Below are positions 14,001 to 24,470 of a DNA stretch of 64,000 nucleotides, one piece after another. The translations under genes were made by a program, and so were the position numbers. Source of the DNA: Isurus oxyrinchus (Eukaryota); contig JANJGN010000189.1 in assembly GCA_026770705.1 (NCBI GenBank), forward strand, positions 186,001 to 250,000. The letters run 5' to 3'. How positions within the stretch are numbered: the first letter of the stretch is position 1; every line of letters begins with the position of its first letter. Under the pieces are notes generated by a model. It saw only the letters and a program-made list of their open reading frames with translations. It ran no database searches and was not told the DNA's origin.

Positions 14001-16554
14001 GATTGGCTAATCTGATTCAATCTGATTGGTGTTCATTCCCTCTTCAATGTTTAAGGAATCACCAATCACTCGGCCTCTAGTTATTCTCCTGCCCACAAGA
14101 GGGAACATTCTCTCTCTACCCAGTCAATCAAACCCTTTCATCTAAACCTCGTGGTGCTTGAGTATATAGTCGGGAATCCAGGGCAATGGAGCCTCAGGAG
14201 AAGAGATGGAAACCCTGTGAGGTGGAACGTCACTGAGGCCATCCGAGTTGAAGCGACTTTTGGAGAGAATTCCAAGGCAAGATCTTTGAAGTTGAAGATT
14301 GGAATCCCTCATGAGAGAAACAGAGTTTCAGTGAGATTGGTTGACTGACAGTGTTCACTGATGTCCGGGTGGGTTGTTGTGAAATCCGTGGGCTCTATCT
14401 TGGTTGCGTTTACAATTTAATGAGTAATGTGGCTGTGAGACCACAGTTTGCCTGTTAATTCACATGAGCTCATATTAATCCAGAATGTTAGGGTATAAGG
14501 TGGATATTGTGAATTATTTTATCTTTCTGAGCTGGTGCAGTCAAGTTTATTTTTGTTTGTTTAAAATCCATGGAATCTTGTAGCTTTATTCTCTTCACAA
14601 GCATCTTAAATCTCAAACCTCGTCTACTTGAAACAAAATATTATTGGTTCCTAACTGTAAATTATCAAAAAAAATTGGGTGTCTGTTCCTCCATCAGCAA
14701 CTCTTTAACCCTTTTATCCCGCCAAGTAATAAGATTTGTAAATGTATTCATTCATGGGATGTGGGCGTCGCTGCCAAGGCCAGCATGTGCTGCCCATCTC
14801 TAATGTCCCGTGACATAATCTCTGTAGCAGAGTAGAGACAATCATGATCACTCAGGATATTTGACATCTATCCACATGAGCAGCTTTACCTTCCTTCTCT
14901 CTTTCAGTTATCTTACTCCCTTATTGAAGTTTCTAGCATGGTGAGAACTGGATGGTTTGCTCGGACATTTCAGAGGAACCACGTTGCTATGAGTCTGGAG
15001 TCACATGTAGGCCAGACCAGATATAGACGGCAGATTTCCTTCCCTAAAGGCCATTAGTGAACCAGATGGGTGTGTATGACAATCGATGATAGTTTCATGG
15101 TCTCCATTACTGAGACTAACTCCCATTAGTGTAAACAGAGTGAACAGTTTTCCATTGATCCCACCTTTCCCGTTCTCTCCGGTGTTTTACACACTATTGC
15201 TCGATAATTTGATTCTGCCAAGGACCCCTTGGAAAATCATGGACCCCAGTTAGACAACCAATGGAATAAGAAATCTCTTTGGATTCTCATTGTCTGAAGA
15301 ATCTCTTTGTATCCTCATTGTCTAAGGGATTATTTCTGATCCAAACCCCATATTGTTGTATTGTTGATTCCGATGCAGCATTGTAGACTGACTTGTCCCC
15401 AAGCTCAGCACTGACCCTACTCCAGCAGACCCTGTGAAACACACTAACAAAGCGCCTCTAGCCTGAGCTCTGCATGTGTCGGAGGTGCCGCTGTGTTGGT
15501 TTCATGACTTTCATAGATGCTGTTGTCATTTTTTTTGTTCAAACTGAACTGGGCCCCACATGAAGTGTTGATACCAAAAACCTTGTGTTACCTGTCCTTC
15601 TGAAACATCTGTGATTCAGCAGGATTCTGAAGATTTGCTGATAAGTGTCTTAAATTGTCTGATTGTTGATTGATACAACACAAGAGGAGCTCATGTGACC
15701 CATCGTGCATGTGCTGACTCTTTCCCAATTCCTCTCCAACACCTTTCGCACATTCCTGCAAATTTCCCTTCAAGTATTTATCCAGTTCCCCTTCTGAAAG
15801 TTCCTGTTGAATCTGCTTCCACCGCCCTTTCAGGCAGTGAGTCAATGGTCTCTCTCTGAGCTGCAAAGTGCCCAGATTCCGTGAAATTTAAACTATGCAG
15901 CAGATCAGAGACACTCATGATAACTAAGAATATTTGACACCTTTACACCCAGTCAGCTTTGCCTTTCTTCTCTCTTTCAGTTATCTTGCTCCCTTATTGA
16001 AGTATCTAGCAAGGTGAGAATGGACAGGAAGTGTGACACTGAACAGCCTGTCTATTCTAGGAGCTGCTGTGTTGTCTTCATGGGCAATTTTGAATAAAGG
16101 CAGCAAAGGATACAAATTTCAGGCCATTGCTATCGGAGACCTAACATTAGGATAGGCTTCATCCCCCAGTTTTTATCCGTGCTTCTCTACTCAACACATC
16201 ACTCCCCATCGCTCACTGACCAACGTCTGACAGCACCTGAATTTTGAGATTCTGCTCTCGCTGCTACAACCCTGCCTATCCCTGTACACTCCTCCAGCCC
16301 CTACAACCCTTCAAGACCACTGGTCTCCTCCAATTCTGCTGTCAGACAGGGAGTCAGCGTATATCAGTGAGCACAGGGGTGATGGGTGAATGGGACTTGG
16401 TGTGAGTTTGTACACTGGCTCACTGCTGAATCAGTTCCCTATCAGAGCTCAATAAGAATGATCTTTAACAAAGACTATTAACCATAAATCTGTCCGAGCT
16501 GACAATGGTATTACCTTGGAGAAGTGACAGGGGGAAGTAAGATTTCCCGATCAT
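362..16554 (-). CDS. Gene A: Siglec-family receptor with 13 Ig domains (V-set + C2 + 11 tandem near-identical Ig exons); 3' end (TM/cytoplasmic) lies beyond the left window edge
   Basis: Spliced model, all phase-1 GT-AG junctions, no stops: 16554-16515, 13413-13048, 12676-12380, then 282-bp exons 11668-11387, 10763-10482, 9855-9574, 8354-8073, 7259-6978, 6166-5885, 5083-4802, 4019-3738, 2946-2665, 1691-1410, 643-362 (3805 coding nt in window). The V domain has Siglec hallmarks. Orthology to CD22, MAG, Siglec-1 or CD33-related genes cannot be assigned by eye. Confidence 0.88.
1410..1691 (-). CDS. Gene A repeated Ig exon 10 of 11
   Basis: 282 nt, intact splice sites and open frame. Confidence 0.9.
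1860..2190 (-). mobile_element. CR1-like LINE 3' fragment (co-duplicated at ~8520-8870)
   Basis: ORF remnant NKRESNHLPLMF…ITESPTINILG, matching the longer LINE at 46832-47910. Confidence 0.7.
2665..2946 (-). CDS. Gene A repeated Ig exon 9 of 11
   Basis: 282 nt, intact splice sites and open frame. Confidence 0.9.
3738..4019 (-). CDS. Gene A repeated Ig exon 8 of 11
   Basis: 282 nt, intact splice sites and open frame. Confidence 0.9.
4802..5083 (-). CDS. Gene A repeated Ig exon 7 of 11
   Basis: 282 nt, intact splice sites and open frame. Confidence 0.9.
5885..6166 (-). CDS. Gene A repeated Ig exon 6 of 11
   Basis: 282 nt, intact splice sites and open frame. Confidence 0.9.
6978..7259 (-). 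CDS. Gene A repeated Ig exon 5 of 11
   Basis: 282 nt, intact splice sites and open frame. Confidence 0.9.
8073..8354 (-). CDS. Gene A repeated Ig exon 4 of 11
   Basis: 282 nt, intact splice sites and open frame. Confidence 0.9.
8520..8870 (-). mobile_element. CR1-like LINE 3' fragment (paralogous to 1860-2190)
   Basis: Same sequence at the same position within the repeat unit. Confidence 0.7.
9574..9855 (-). CDS. Gene A repeated Ig exon 3 of 11 (most diverged copy)
   Basis: 282 nt; substitutions NLMWRHRN, RTNFNN, YQCEAE, GLIT; both Cys retained. Confidence 0.88.
10482..10763 (-). CDS. Gene A repeated Ig exon 2 of 11
   Basis: 282 nt, intact splice sites and open frame. Confidence 0.9.
11387..11668 (-). 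CDS. Gene A repeated Ig exon 1 of 11
   Basis: 282 nt, ttag|…|gtgagt; DAPQNLSIT…IICSVESFPASNLTW…DTGDYQCVAENEHG…ITVE. Confidence 0.9.
11800..12260. repeat. 33-bp minisatellite (cagtactgagggagtgctgcactgtcagagggt)n
   Basis: Visible tandem units; same family at ~21685-21960, 24620-25165, 27170-27415, 36800-36915, 38620-38985, 44428-44945, 52140-52425, 54510-54620, 63060-63400. Confidence 0.92.
12380..12676 (-). CDS. Gene A domain-2 C2-set Ig exon
   Basis: KPTI…VSCTFNTTC…LTW…YTSVLTLIP…LSCRV…LVLTVQ; the extra Cys fits the Siglec D1-D2 interdomain disulfide; 297 nt, ag/gtaagt. Confidence 0.92.
13048..13413 (-). CDS. Gene A Siglec V-set domain exon
   Basis: GSCVQIPC (Siglec double Cys), W in strand C, E-strand Cys (GDCSL), no F-strand Cys, DAGPYYFR with the essential Arg codon at 13111-13109, aromatic RYSY in the G strand; 366 nt, phase 1/1. 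Confidence 0.93.
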
Positions 16555-16596
16555 TGTCCACTCCCAGATATTTCCTCAGCTTCTAACTCTGAAGTT
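16515..16596 (-). CDS. Gene A leader exon (ATG at 16554; MIGKSYFPLSLLQ)
   Basis: Acceptor ctttctctttcag at 16597; donor CAAG|gtaata is phase 1 and joins in frame to the V exon (…LLQ-VGLSQEW). Same ending as the LLQG leader of genes C/D. Confidence 0.75.
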
Positions 16597-16986
16597 CTGA
16601 AAGAGAAAGGAGTTAATGAGACTTCACCTCTTGTCCGAATGCTCTTGAGAGATCAGAACTGCTTTTAGACAATATCTTCACAGACAAATTTGATTCTCTG
16701 TGGGATGATAGGTGCTCTACAGAGAGTTACAAGGCTTTCAGAAAGAAAAACAATGAAGGTCTTGCATTTCTATAGCACCTTTCACCACCTTGGATGTCCC
16801 CAAGCTCATGTCCCTTGAGCTAGAAAGATGTTCTGTACAACAGACTTGAGTCTCACACCCAGATCTCAATAATCAGTAGAAATCTTTCAAAGGCATCGAT
16901 CATTGGAATCTGTCTTTATAAAGTCACAACATCAACAAAGGACGGTGTTGGTGGTGGAAGTGAATTCCAATCGTTCCGTTACTTAC

Positions 16987-17130
16987 CCAGGACCTGTCCG
17001 ACTGCTCGCCTGGGGAGGAACTGCCCACACGCTCTGCTTGGGCTGAATGACCTCTTCCTGTGCTGATCCATCTGTGTATTAAATTAGAAAAGGCTGATGT
17101 GTCACTGTGAGCCAAAATGAGGAAGTTGGA
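16987..17130 (-). promoter_or_regulatory. Putative 5' non-coding exon/promoter of gene A with a PU.1/ETS-type site
   Basis: Strong donor CCTGG|gtaagt at 16987/16986; AAAATGAGGAAGT at 17114-17126 matches the PU.1 consensus. The transcription start is not determinable. Confidence 0.4.
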
Positions 17131-17419
17131 ACAAAGTGAGTGAACAGCACTTAGCTGTGCACTGTCAGCAAACCCTGTGTCTGTATAAGAATATAAGAAC
17201 AGAACAAGTAGGATCAGCTGGACACCCTGACATTTTCATTCCTTATATTCCATCCACTCATTTTTTTATCTACTCACTGAAACTATTTATCTCCCTCTGC
17301 AGCCTCTTTGTGTCCTCCTCACAACTTGCTTTCCTGCACAGCTTATATATTTCCTACCTATCTTCACCATACAGTCAGAAAATCTGCCTACAGTACAGTC
17401 AGTCTCTTCATCCAAGTCA

Positions 17420-20150
17420 CTAATGTAGATTGTGAATAGTTGAGGCCTCAGCACTGATCCCTGTGGCTCTCCACTAGTTACAGTTTACCAAGCTGAAAAT
17501 CACCCATTTATCCTGGCTCTCTGTTTCCTGTCAGTTAGCCAGTCCTCTATCCATATTAATATATCCCCCCCAACACCATCCAATTTCACCCTGTGCTGTA
17601 TCCTTTGATGTGGCACCTTATCGAATGCCTTTTGGAAATCCAATGTCATGAAGAGATATTTGTGTGTAAAATGTGCTTTGAAATTATTATTTAAAATAGA
17701 ATTCTAGTGGTGGTCCATGTATAGGTGTGTGTCTGGGTGTGTCTTAATTGGATTAAAGCCAGCTGGTCTGTGTGCTTTGATGTTTAGTAGTTTTGAGATG
17801 TTAATTGGGTGAATTGTGAGGAGAACAGTAAATTGTTCATTTGCAATTGTTGAATAAACCATTCCAGACTGGGGGTAAAATCTTGCACCTAGTTAGAAGG
17901 AGCCAAAAGATGTGTTTTTTCTTGAACTTACTAATGAAATTGGTGCTATGAAATGGGGTTTTATTGTTCGAAGAGGTGGAGTTCAGAAGACCGAGTGATA
18001 CAACGGAAAATTTACATTCAAAGGGAAAGCTAGCTATATAAAGGAATGAGTTTGTGTGTGTGAGGCAGGAGCATTTCAGACCGAACCAGCCTGTAGCCTC
18101 CAACCAACTTGCAAAGGAACCTCATTCGGAATTCGTAATGTCAAATGTGCTTTGCCTGGTGTCTATATTATGTCAATGGTTCATTGTTGCCTTAGTAGAG
18201 ATTTACATGGGGATGATTAGTTGGGGGATTTGTTAAAAAGTTATTATAATAGTTATTTGTAGCCAATGTGTATATGTTAATTTTGTTGTTAAGTTAATAA
18301 ATGGTCTATTTAGTTTTATATAAAAAACCCACAATCCTCGGTGGTCTTATTCCTACTGAATTCAAAGTCTTCATCTCGACATTACAAACAGCAAAATTGG
18401 GTTATGACAGTTGTTTCAATTTTCCCTCTGGGATTTGAACAACTCAGCCTTTACCCTTGGCTGTGTCATAGTCCCTAATACACCACATCTACAGGTTCCC
18501 CTTTATCCAATCCACTTGTTACATCCTCGAGGAAATCTAATTATTTTTTCAAACATGATATCCCTTTCACAAACCCATGTTGACTCTGTCTGATTGAATT
18601 ATGGATTTCTAAATGTCCTGCTGCTCCCTCCTTCATAATGAATTCTGGTATTTTCCCAATGACAGATGTTAGACTAACTGACCTGTAGTTTCTTGCTTTC
18701 TACCTCCCCCCTTTATTGAACAGAAGTGTTTTATTTATGTTTTTCCAATCCACTGGGACCTTCCCATAATCTAAGGAATTCTGGAAGATTACAACCAATG
18801 CATCCACTGTCTCTGCAGCCATTTCCTTTCAGACCCTCACATTCAGGCCGTCTGCTCCATGGGACTTGTCAGCATTTGTCTCATTAGTTTTCTTAATACT
18901 TTTTCTCTGGTGATAGTGATTGTTTTATGTTCCTCCCTCCTTGTTGCACCGTGACTTTCTCCTGCTATTGGGATGGTTTTAGAGATTTTTACTGTGAAGA
19001 CAGACACAAAATTCTTGTTGAAAGTCTCTGTCATTTCCTTGTTTCCCATTATTAATTCCCCAGTCTGATTTTCTATGTGTCCCATTATTACTGTAGCTTC
19101 TCTCTTATCTTAATGTACAACATCTCACTGTCATTGTTTATGGTTCTTGCTAGTTTACTCTCATATCATCATTTCTGCCTCCTTATATTTCTCCCCTCAC
19201 TTTTCTGGTTTCTCAAATATTCCCAATCTCCAGCCTATCACTAAGCATCCCAACATTGCCGGCTTTATCTCACAATTGGATACCGTCCTTAGCTTCCTGA
19301 GTTAGCCGCCGATGCTCCATCCTTCTTATAGATTCTTTCTTTCTTACTGGAAAATATCGTCATTGGAATTTATGAAACATCTCTTTAGACACCTGTTACT
19401 CCTCATCTACACCCCCCCCCCCCACTTTAACCTGCTGTCCCACTCTACTTGGGCCGACTCTACTTTTAACCCTTGTAATTGCCTTTAGTTAAGTTTGTGA
19501 CACTAGCTTAAGAACCAAGTTTCTAAACTGAATATTAAATTTCAACACCGTATGATTACTCTTCCCTTGAGGGTCCTTTACAATGAGATGTTAATTAGTC
19601 TTGTCTCATTAAACATTGCCAGGACTAAAACAGCCTCTTCCCTGGTTGGTTCCATGTTGGATTGTTCTAAAATACTGTCCTGAATACAATCTGTATAACC
19701 TCGCTGAAAGCTACATTTGCTAATCTGATTTGGCTAATCCATATGACGATTGAAAACTCCCATGATTAATGTGGTGCCTTTCTCATAAACCTCCTCATGT
19801 ATTGATTTATAATCTACCCCTGCAGTGTAACTACATTCAGGGGGGAGTATAAACCAACCCACCAGTGATTTCTTTCCCTTGCAATTCCTTATGTTCACCC
19901 AAACTGACTGTGCATCTTGACATCTGAGCCAAGATCATTTCTCACTATTTTACAGGTCTCATCTTTTATTAACAGAGCTACCCCACCTCCTTTTCATTTT
20001 TCCTATCCTTTCAAAGATTCCAAATATCCTTCAATTTTCAATTTCCAACCTTGGTCACTTTGCAACCAACTCTCTGCAGTGTCCATCTTATCGTACCCAT
20101 TAATCTCTATTTGTGCTATGACTTCATTCATTTGTTCCAACTTTATATTT
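17420..20150 (-). mobile_element. Degenerate CR1-type LINE ORF2 fragment, interrupted by a solo LTR
   Basis: ORF 18843-19085 GELIMGNKEMTETFNKNFVSVFTV is typical of CR1 ORF2; the LINE sequence gccttttggaaatccaa…aatacaccac resumes across the 17644-18473 insert. Confidence 0.75.
17644..18473 (+). mobile_element. Solo LTR-like insertion
   Basis: Starts TGTCATG, internal TATATAAA (~18035) and AATAAA (~18296); similar to 22092-22849 and 45937-46831. Confidence 0.6.
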
Positions 20151-21287
20151 TATATATTCATTCTTCCATGGGAAGTGGGCATCACTGGCTAGGCCAGCAT
20201 TTATGGCCCATCCCTAATTACCTTGAGAAGGTGGTGGTGAGCTGCCTTCCGGACCCTCTGCACTCCATGTGGTGTAGGTACACCCACAATGCAGTTAGAG
20301 AAGGAAGTCCAAGATTTTGACCCTAGTGGCAGTGAAGGAATGGCGATATATTTCAAAATCAGGATGATGTGTGTCTTGGAGGCGAACTTCCAGGTGGTGG
20401 TGTCTGGGCATTTCAATCCCTTGTGACAATAAATGTAATATTATAGAAAATGCAAAGGCTTCTTGTAATCTATCACAGAATAAACAAGTTGCAGAATTCA
20501 GAAAGCACTTTCTGAAATGTCAACAAAGTTCAGTGACATCACATTTCTGCTAATTACTATTCGGCCATGTTGGCTGCACGCAGTCAGGCAGTCCCTCGGT
20601 TGTGATGTGTCCACACAGCAGTACTGGGATGCATCAGCATCAAAGGACATGCTTAGTTGTTGCCGTGCAATGCATTTATTGCGAGGCTGTTGCACACACG
20701 CCCTGTCGATGGACCCTCCGAATTACCATTCTGAATCGAGGCAAATCAACTTTCCTGCAACAACTTGCATTTATATGGCACACTTAATGTAACAAACTGT
20801 CCCAAATCTCTTCAGGGGATTGTTACCTACATATAAATCCATCTCAGAGACACATAATGAGGTATTAGGGACAGGTGACAAAAAGCTGATTTCACAAAGC
20901 CAGTTAATNNNNNNNNNNNNNNNNNNNNNNNNNNNNNNNNNNNNNNNNNNNNNNNNNNNNNNNNNNNNNNNNNNNNNNNNNNNNNNNNNNNNNNNNNNNN
21001 NNNNNNNNNNNNNNNNNNNNNNNNNNNNNNNNNNNNNNNNNNNNNNNNNNNNNNNNNNNNNNNNNNNNNNNNNNNNNNNNNNNNNNNNACTGAATCTCTG
21101 TCCCCAATGACTCAGCATCAAGTCGTCACTGGGGAAACATTTCATTCCAAACCACACCAACCACAGACCCATTCAGTCCCTTCCTCCCTCTCTCCCCCTC
21201 TCCCCCAGTGGGTTGTCTCATGTTCCCAAGAATCTTCATCCCTGCCACCATCCACAAACCTCCTGACCACCTCTGCCTTTTTCACGC

Positions 21288-21536
21288 TCAGTTTCTCTTG
21301 AATCTGATCTGTGCGTATTCCGTCTGCTCTTCCCTGTGGACAGACCCATCACCACTGGGCACCCTGAAGACTTGGGGATTGGCGTAGAGAAACTCGTCAG
21401 GATTGTCGGGGTTCCCATGTCCAGCATTGCCTCCCACTGCACATTCAGAGACACCCTGGGGAGCTGGGGTCTCCCCCTCGCTAGTTGTGTCTCTGGTTGT
21501 GTTCCGGGGCTCAGTAATCAGCACGTTCTGTTTACC
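21288..21536 (-). pseudogene. Orphan Siglec terminal cytoplasmic exon (ITIM degenerate FLYANP, ITSM TEYAQI intact)
   Basis: 249 nt, acceptor ctgtag, paralogous to 45397-45645; no upstream TM exon found. Confidence 0.75.
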
Positions 21537-22091
21537 CTACAGAGAAATGGAAACAGAAGGCATCCTCACATCATTTACTGGCACTGATAGGGTTAAAATA
21601 TTCTGCAGCCTCGTTAGTGTCAGTCGTGGGTCAGTGGGTTTAACCCTCTCTCACATGTCTTATGAAAGAAAACACCTATGGCAGTGCAGTGCTCCCTCAG
21701 TACTGACCCTTCGATAGTGGAGCACTTCCTCAATGCTGACCATCCAACAGTGCAGCACTCCCTCAGTACTGACCCTCCGACAGTGCAGCGCTCCCTCAGT
21801 ACTGACCCTCCAGCAGTGCAGCGCTCCCTCAGTACTGACCCTCCGACAGTACAGGTCTTCCTCAGTACTGACCCTCTGACAGTGCAACACTCCCTCAGTA
21901 CTGACCCTCTGACAGTGCAGCACTCCCTCAGTACTGACCCTCTGTCAGTCTCGCACTCCCTCGGTAATGGCTCTGGCGAGTGTCGGCTTGGATTCTGCAC
22001 TCAGGTGCCTGGTGTGAGGCTCAATAACATGAATCTTGTAATCAGAGAGAGGATGAGAGAGAGAGAGAGAGATGAAGGGTCAGAGACTGAG

Positions 22092-22849
22092 CGTTATGAA
22101 TCTATTAATGTATGTATTGTAATTGGAAATTGTCTTTTTAAACAGAGGTTTAGTCTGTGGGTGTGTGTGTGTGTGTTTTAATTGGATTAAAGCCAGCCGG
22201 TCTGGGTACTTTTATGTATAGTAGTTTTGAGATGTAAACAAAGAGGTAAAGAGGCATATTGCATTTTTAAAAGGAGGATTCAAAGCCTGGGAGTGAATTC
22301 TTAAACCAATCAATGTTTATATTACTAATAAAATTGATACTATGAAACGGGATTTATAGTTAGAAGAGATGGAGATCAAAGGTCCTGATGATACAATGAG
22401 AATTTACATTCAAAGAGAAGAGCTGGGTATAACTTGAGCAGTTTTGTGTGTGCAGAGCAGAGGCTTGTAACATCAAAGCAGCTGTAAGCCTACACCTGTC
22501 TGCAAAGGAACCAAAGTGAAAGGAACCTCATTTGGAATTTGTGAGGTGAAAATGCTTCGCTTGGAATCTGCTTAAAGTCTATGGGTTGTCTTAGAGGACG
22601 TTAGTTTGGGAATTTGTTAAAAAGTTATGATAGTACTAGCTTGTAGCCATGTGCATATGATTAACTTGTGAAAATTAATAAATGTCTCATGTAGTTTGAT
22701 ATAAACCCATCTCAAGAACTGATGGTCTTATTCCTGAATTTAGAGCTGCATCTCAAACATTCCACTGGGAAATATAGGTTATGACAGTTGTTTAAAGTTT
22801 CCCTCTGGGATTTTAAACAACAGCCTTTACCAGTTGCTGTGACATAACA
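22092..22849 (+). mobile_element. Solo LTR-like insertion in the orphan-tail intron
   Basis: Ends CGTTATG…CATAACA (near-perfect inverted termini), internal AATAAA; absent from the paralogous intron of gene B (~44340). Confidence 0.65.
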
Positions 22850-22984
22850 GAGAGACAGCATGATACTGAACCATTGCTGACTCCACAGGTACAAATCAGT
22901 GGGTAACCTGGCTGGGAATCTGGGACATGTGTTGTCTACACACTGAGATAGAAGCTTTGGAGTGAGTGTAAACAGCTCCTGTAC

Positions 22985-23066
22985 CTGGTGCTTCACAGAG
23001 AGTGGACTGGGGGTCAATACAATGTCACTGGTCCCTGAAACTCTCTCCTCCATCGCTGTCTTTCTC
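22985..23066 (-). pseudogene. Orphan Siglec first cytoplasmic exon (RKTAMEERVSGTSDIVLTPSPLSVKHQ)
   Basis: 82 nt, ag/gt intact, paralogous to 44134-44215; homology to gene B stops at ~23170, next to a LINE fragment. Confidence 0.75.
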
Positions 23067-23199
23067 CTGTAATAACAAAATATCACACTGTGGTTATCAT
23101 ATAGCAGAGAGTCAGTGTAGCACAGACACAGAGCCCACTGTAATCTTAGACCAACGACTGGGACTGTCTCTTTAAATCAGTTCTATACAAAGCACAGAA

Positions 23200-23670
23200 T
23201 CAAGAAGCTTGACACCATCCAGGACAAAGCAGCCCGATTGATCTACACCCCATCCACCACATTAAACATTCACTCCCTCCACAACGAACACACAGTGGAA
23301 GCAGTGTGTGTACCATCTACAAGATGCACTGCAGCAACTCAGCAAGGCTCCTTCAACAGCACCTTCCAAACCCACGACCTCTACCATCTAAAAGGACAAG
23401 GGCAGCAGACACATGGGAACACCACCACCTGGAAGTTCCCCTCCAAGCCACTCACCATCCTGACTTGGAAATATATCATCGTTCCTTCACTGTCACTGGG
23501 TCAAAATCCTGGAACTCCCTCCCTAACAGCACTGTGGGTGTACCTACACCACATGGACTGCAGTGGGTCAAGAAGGCTGATCACCACCACCTTCTCAAGG
23601 GCAATTAGGGATGGGCATTAATGCTGGCATCACCAGTGACAGCCACATTCGATGTAAGAATTAAAAATCT
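23200..23670 (+). mobile_element. CR1-like LINE 3' end
   Basis: caagaagcttgacaccatccaggacaaagcagccc…caccaccttctcaagggcaattagggatgggc, matching 47450-47900. Confidence 0.75.
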
Positions 23671-23985
23671 CACAGCTCAATGTATTTATTGGGATCCTCC
23701 TGCACACACGCCCTGTCGAAGGAGCCTTTGTGGTTCCATTGTTAATCGAAGCAGATCAGACTTACTGCAACTACTTGCATTTATATAGCACCTTTAATGT
23801 AGCAAAATGTCCCAAGGCTCATCCGGGAATTGTTAGTCACATCTTCACCTGACTCTGAGGCACATGAGGAGATATAAGGGACAGGAGACCAACAGCTGAG
23901 TCAACAAAGTCAGTTATTAACGGGCATCTTAAAGGAGGAGCTGGAGATAGAGAATGAGTGACAGACACAGAAAGAAAGACAAAGA

Positions 23986-24024
<39 letters not shown>

Positions 24025-24221
24025 TGAATCTCTATCCCCAGTGGCTCAGCATCCAGTCCTCTCTGGAGAAGCATTTCATTCCAAACCACACCAACCGCAG
24101 CCCAATCGCATCCCTTCCTCCCTCTCTCCCCCTGTCCCCCGGTGGGTTGTTTCCTGTTCCCAGGAATCTCAATCACTACCCCCACCCCCACACCTCCTCA
24201 CTCTCACTCCCCATTTCTCAT

Positions 24222-24470
24222 TCAGTTATGCTCGAACCTGATCTGTGCGTATTCCGTCTCCTCTTCCCTGTGGACAGACCCATCATCACTGGACATCCTC
24301 AATACTTGGGGATTGGCGTAGAGAAGGCCGTTGGGATTGTCGATGTGCCAATGTCCAGCATCGCCTCCCAATGCACCTTCAGAGAGACCCCGGGGAGCTG
24401 GGGTCTCCCCCTCACTAGTTGTGTCTCTGGTTGTGTTCCGGGGCTCAGTAATCAGCACGTTCTGTTTACC
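24222..24470 (-). pseudogene. Second orphan Siglec terminal cytoplasmic exon (LLYANP / TEYAQI)
   Basis: 249 nt, intact acceptor and frame; part of a local duplication ~20690-21960 / ~23690-24720. Confidence 0.75.
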
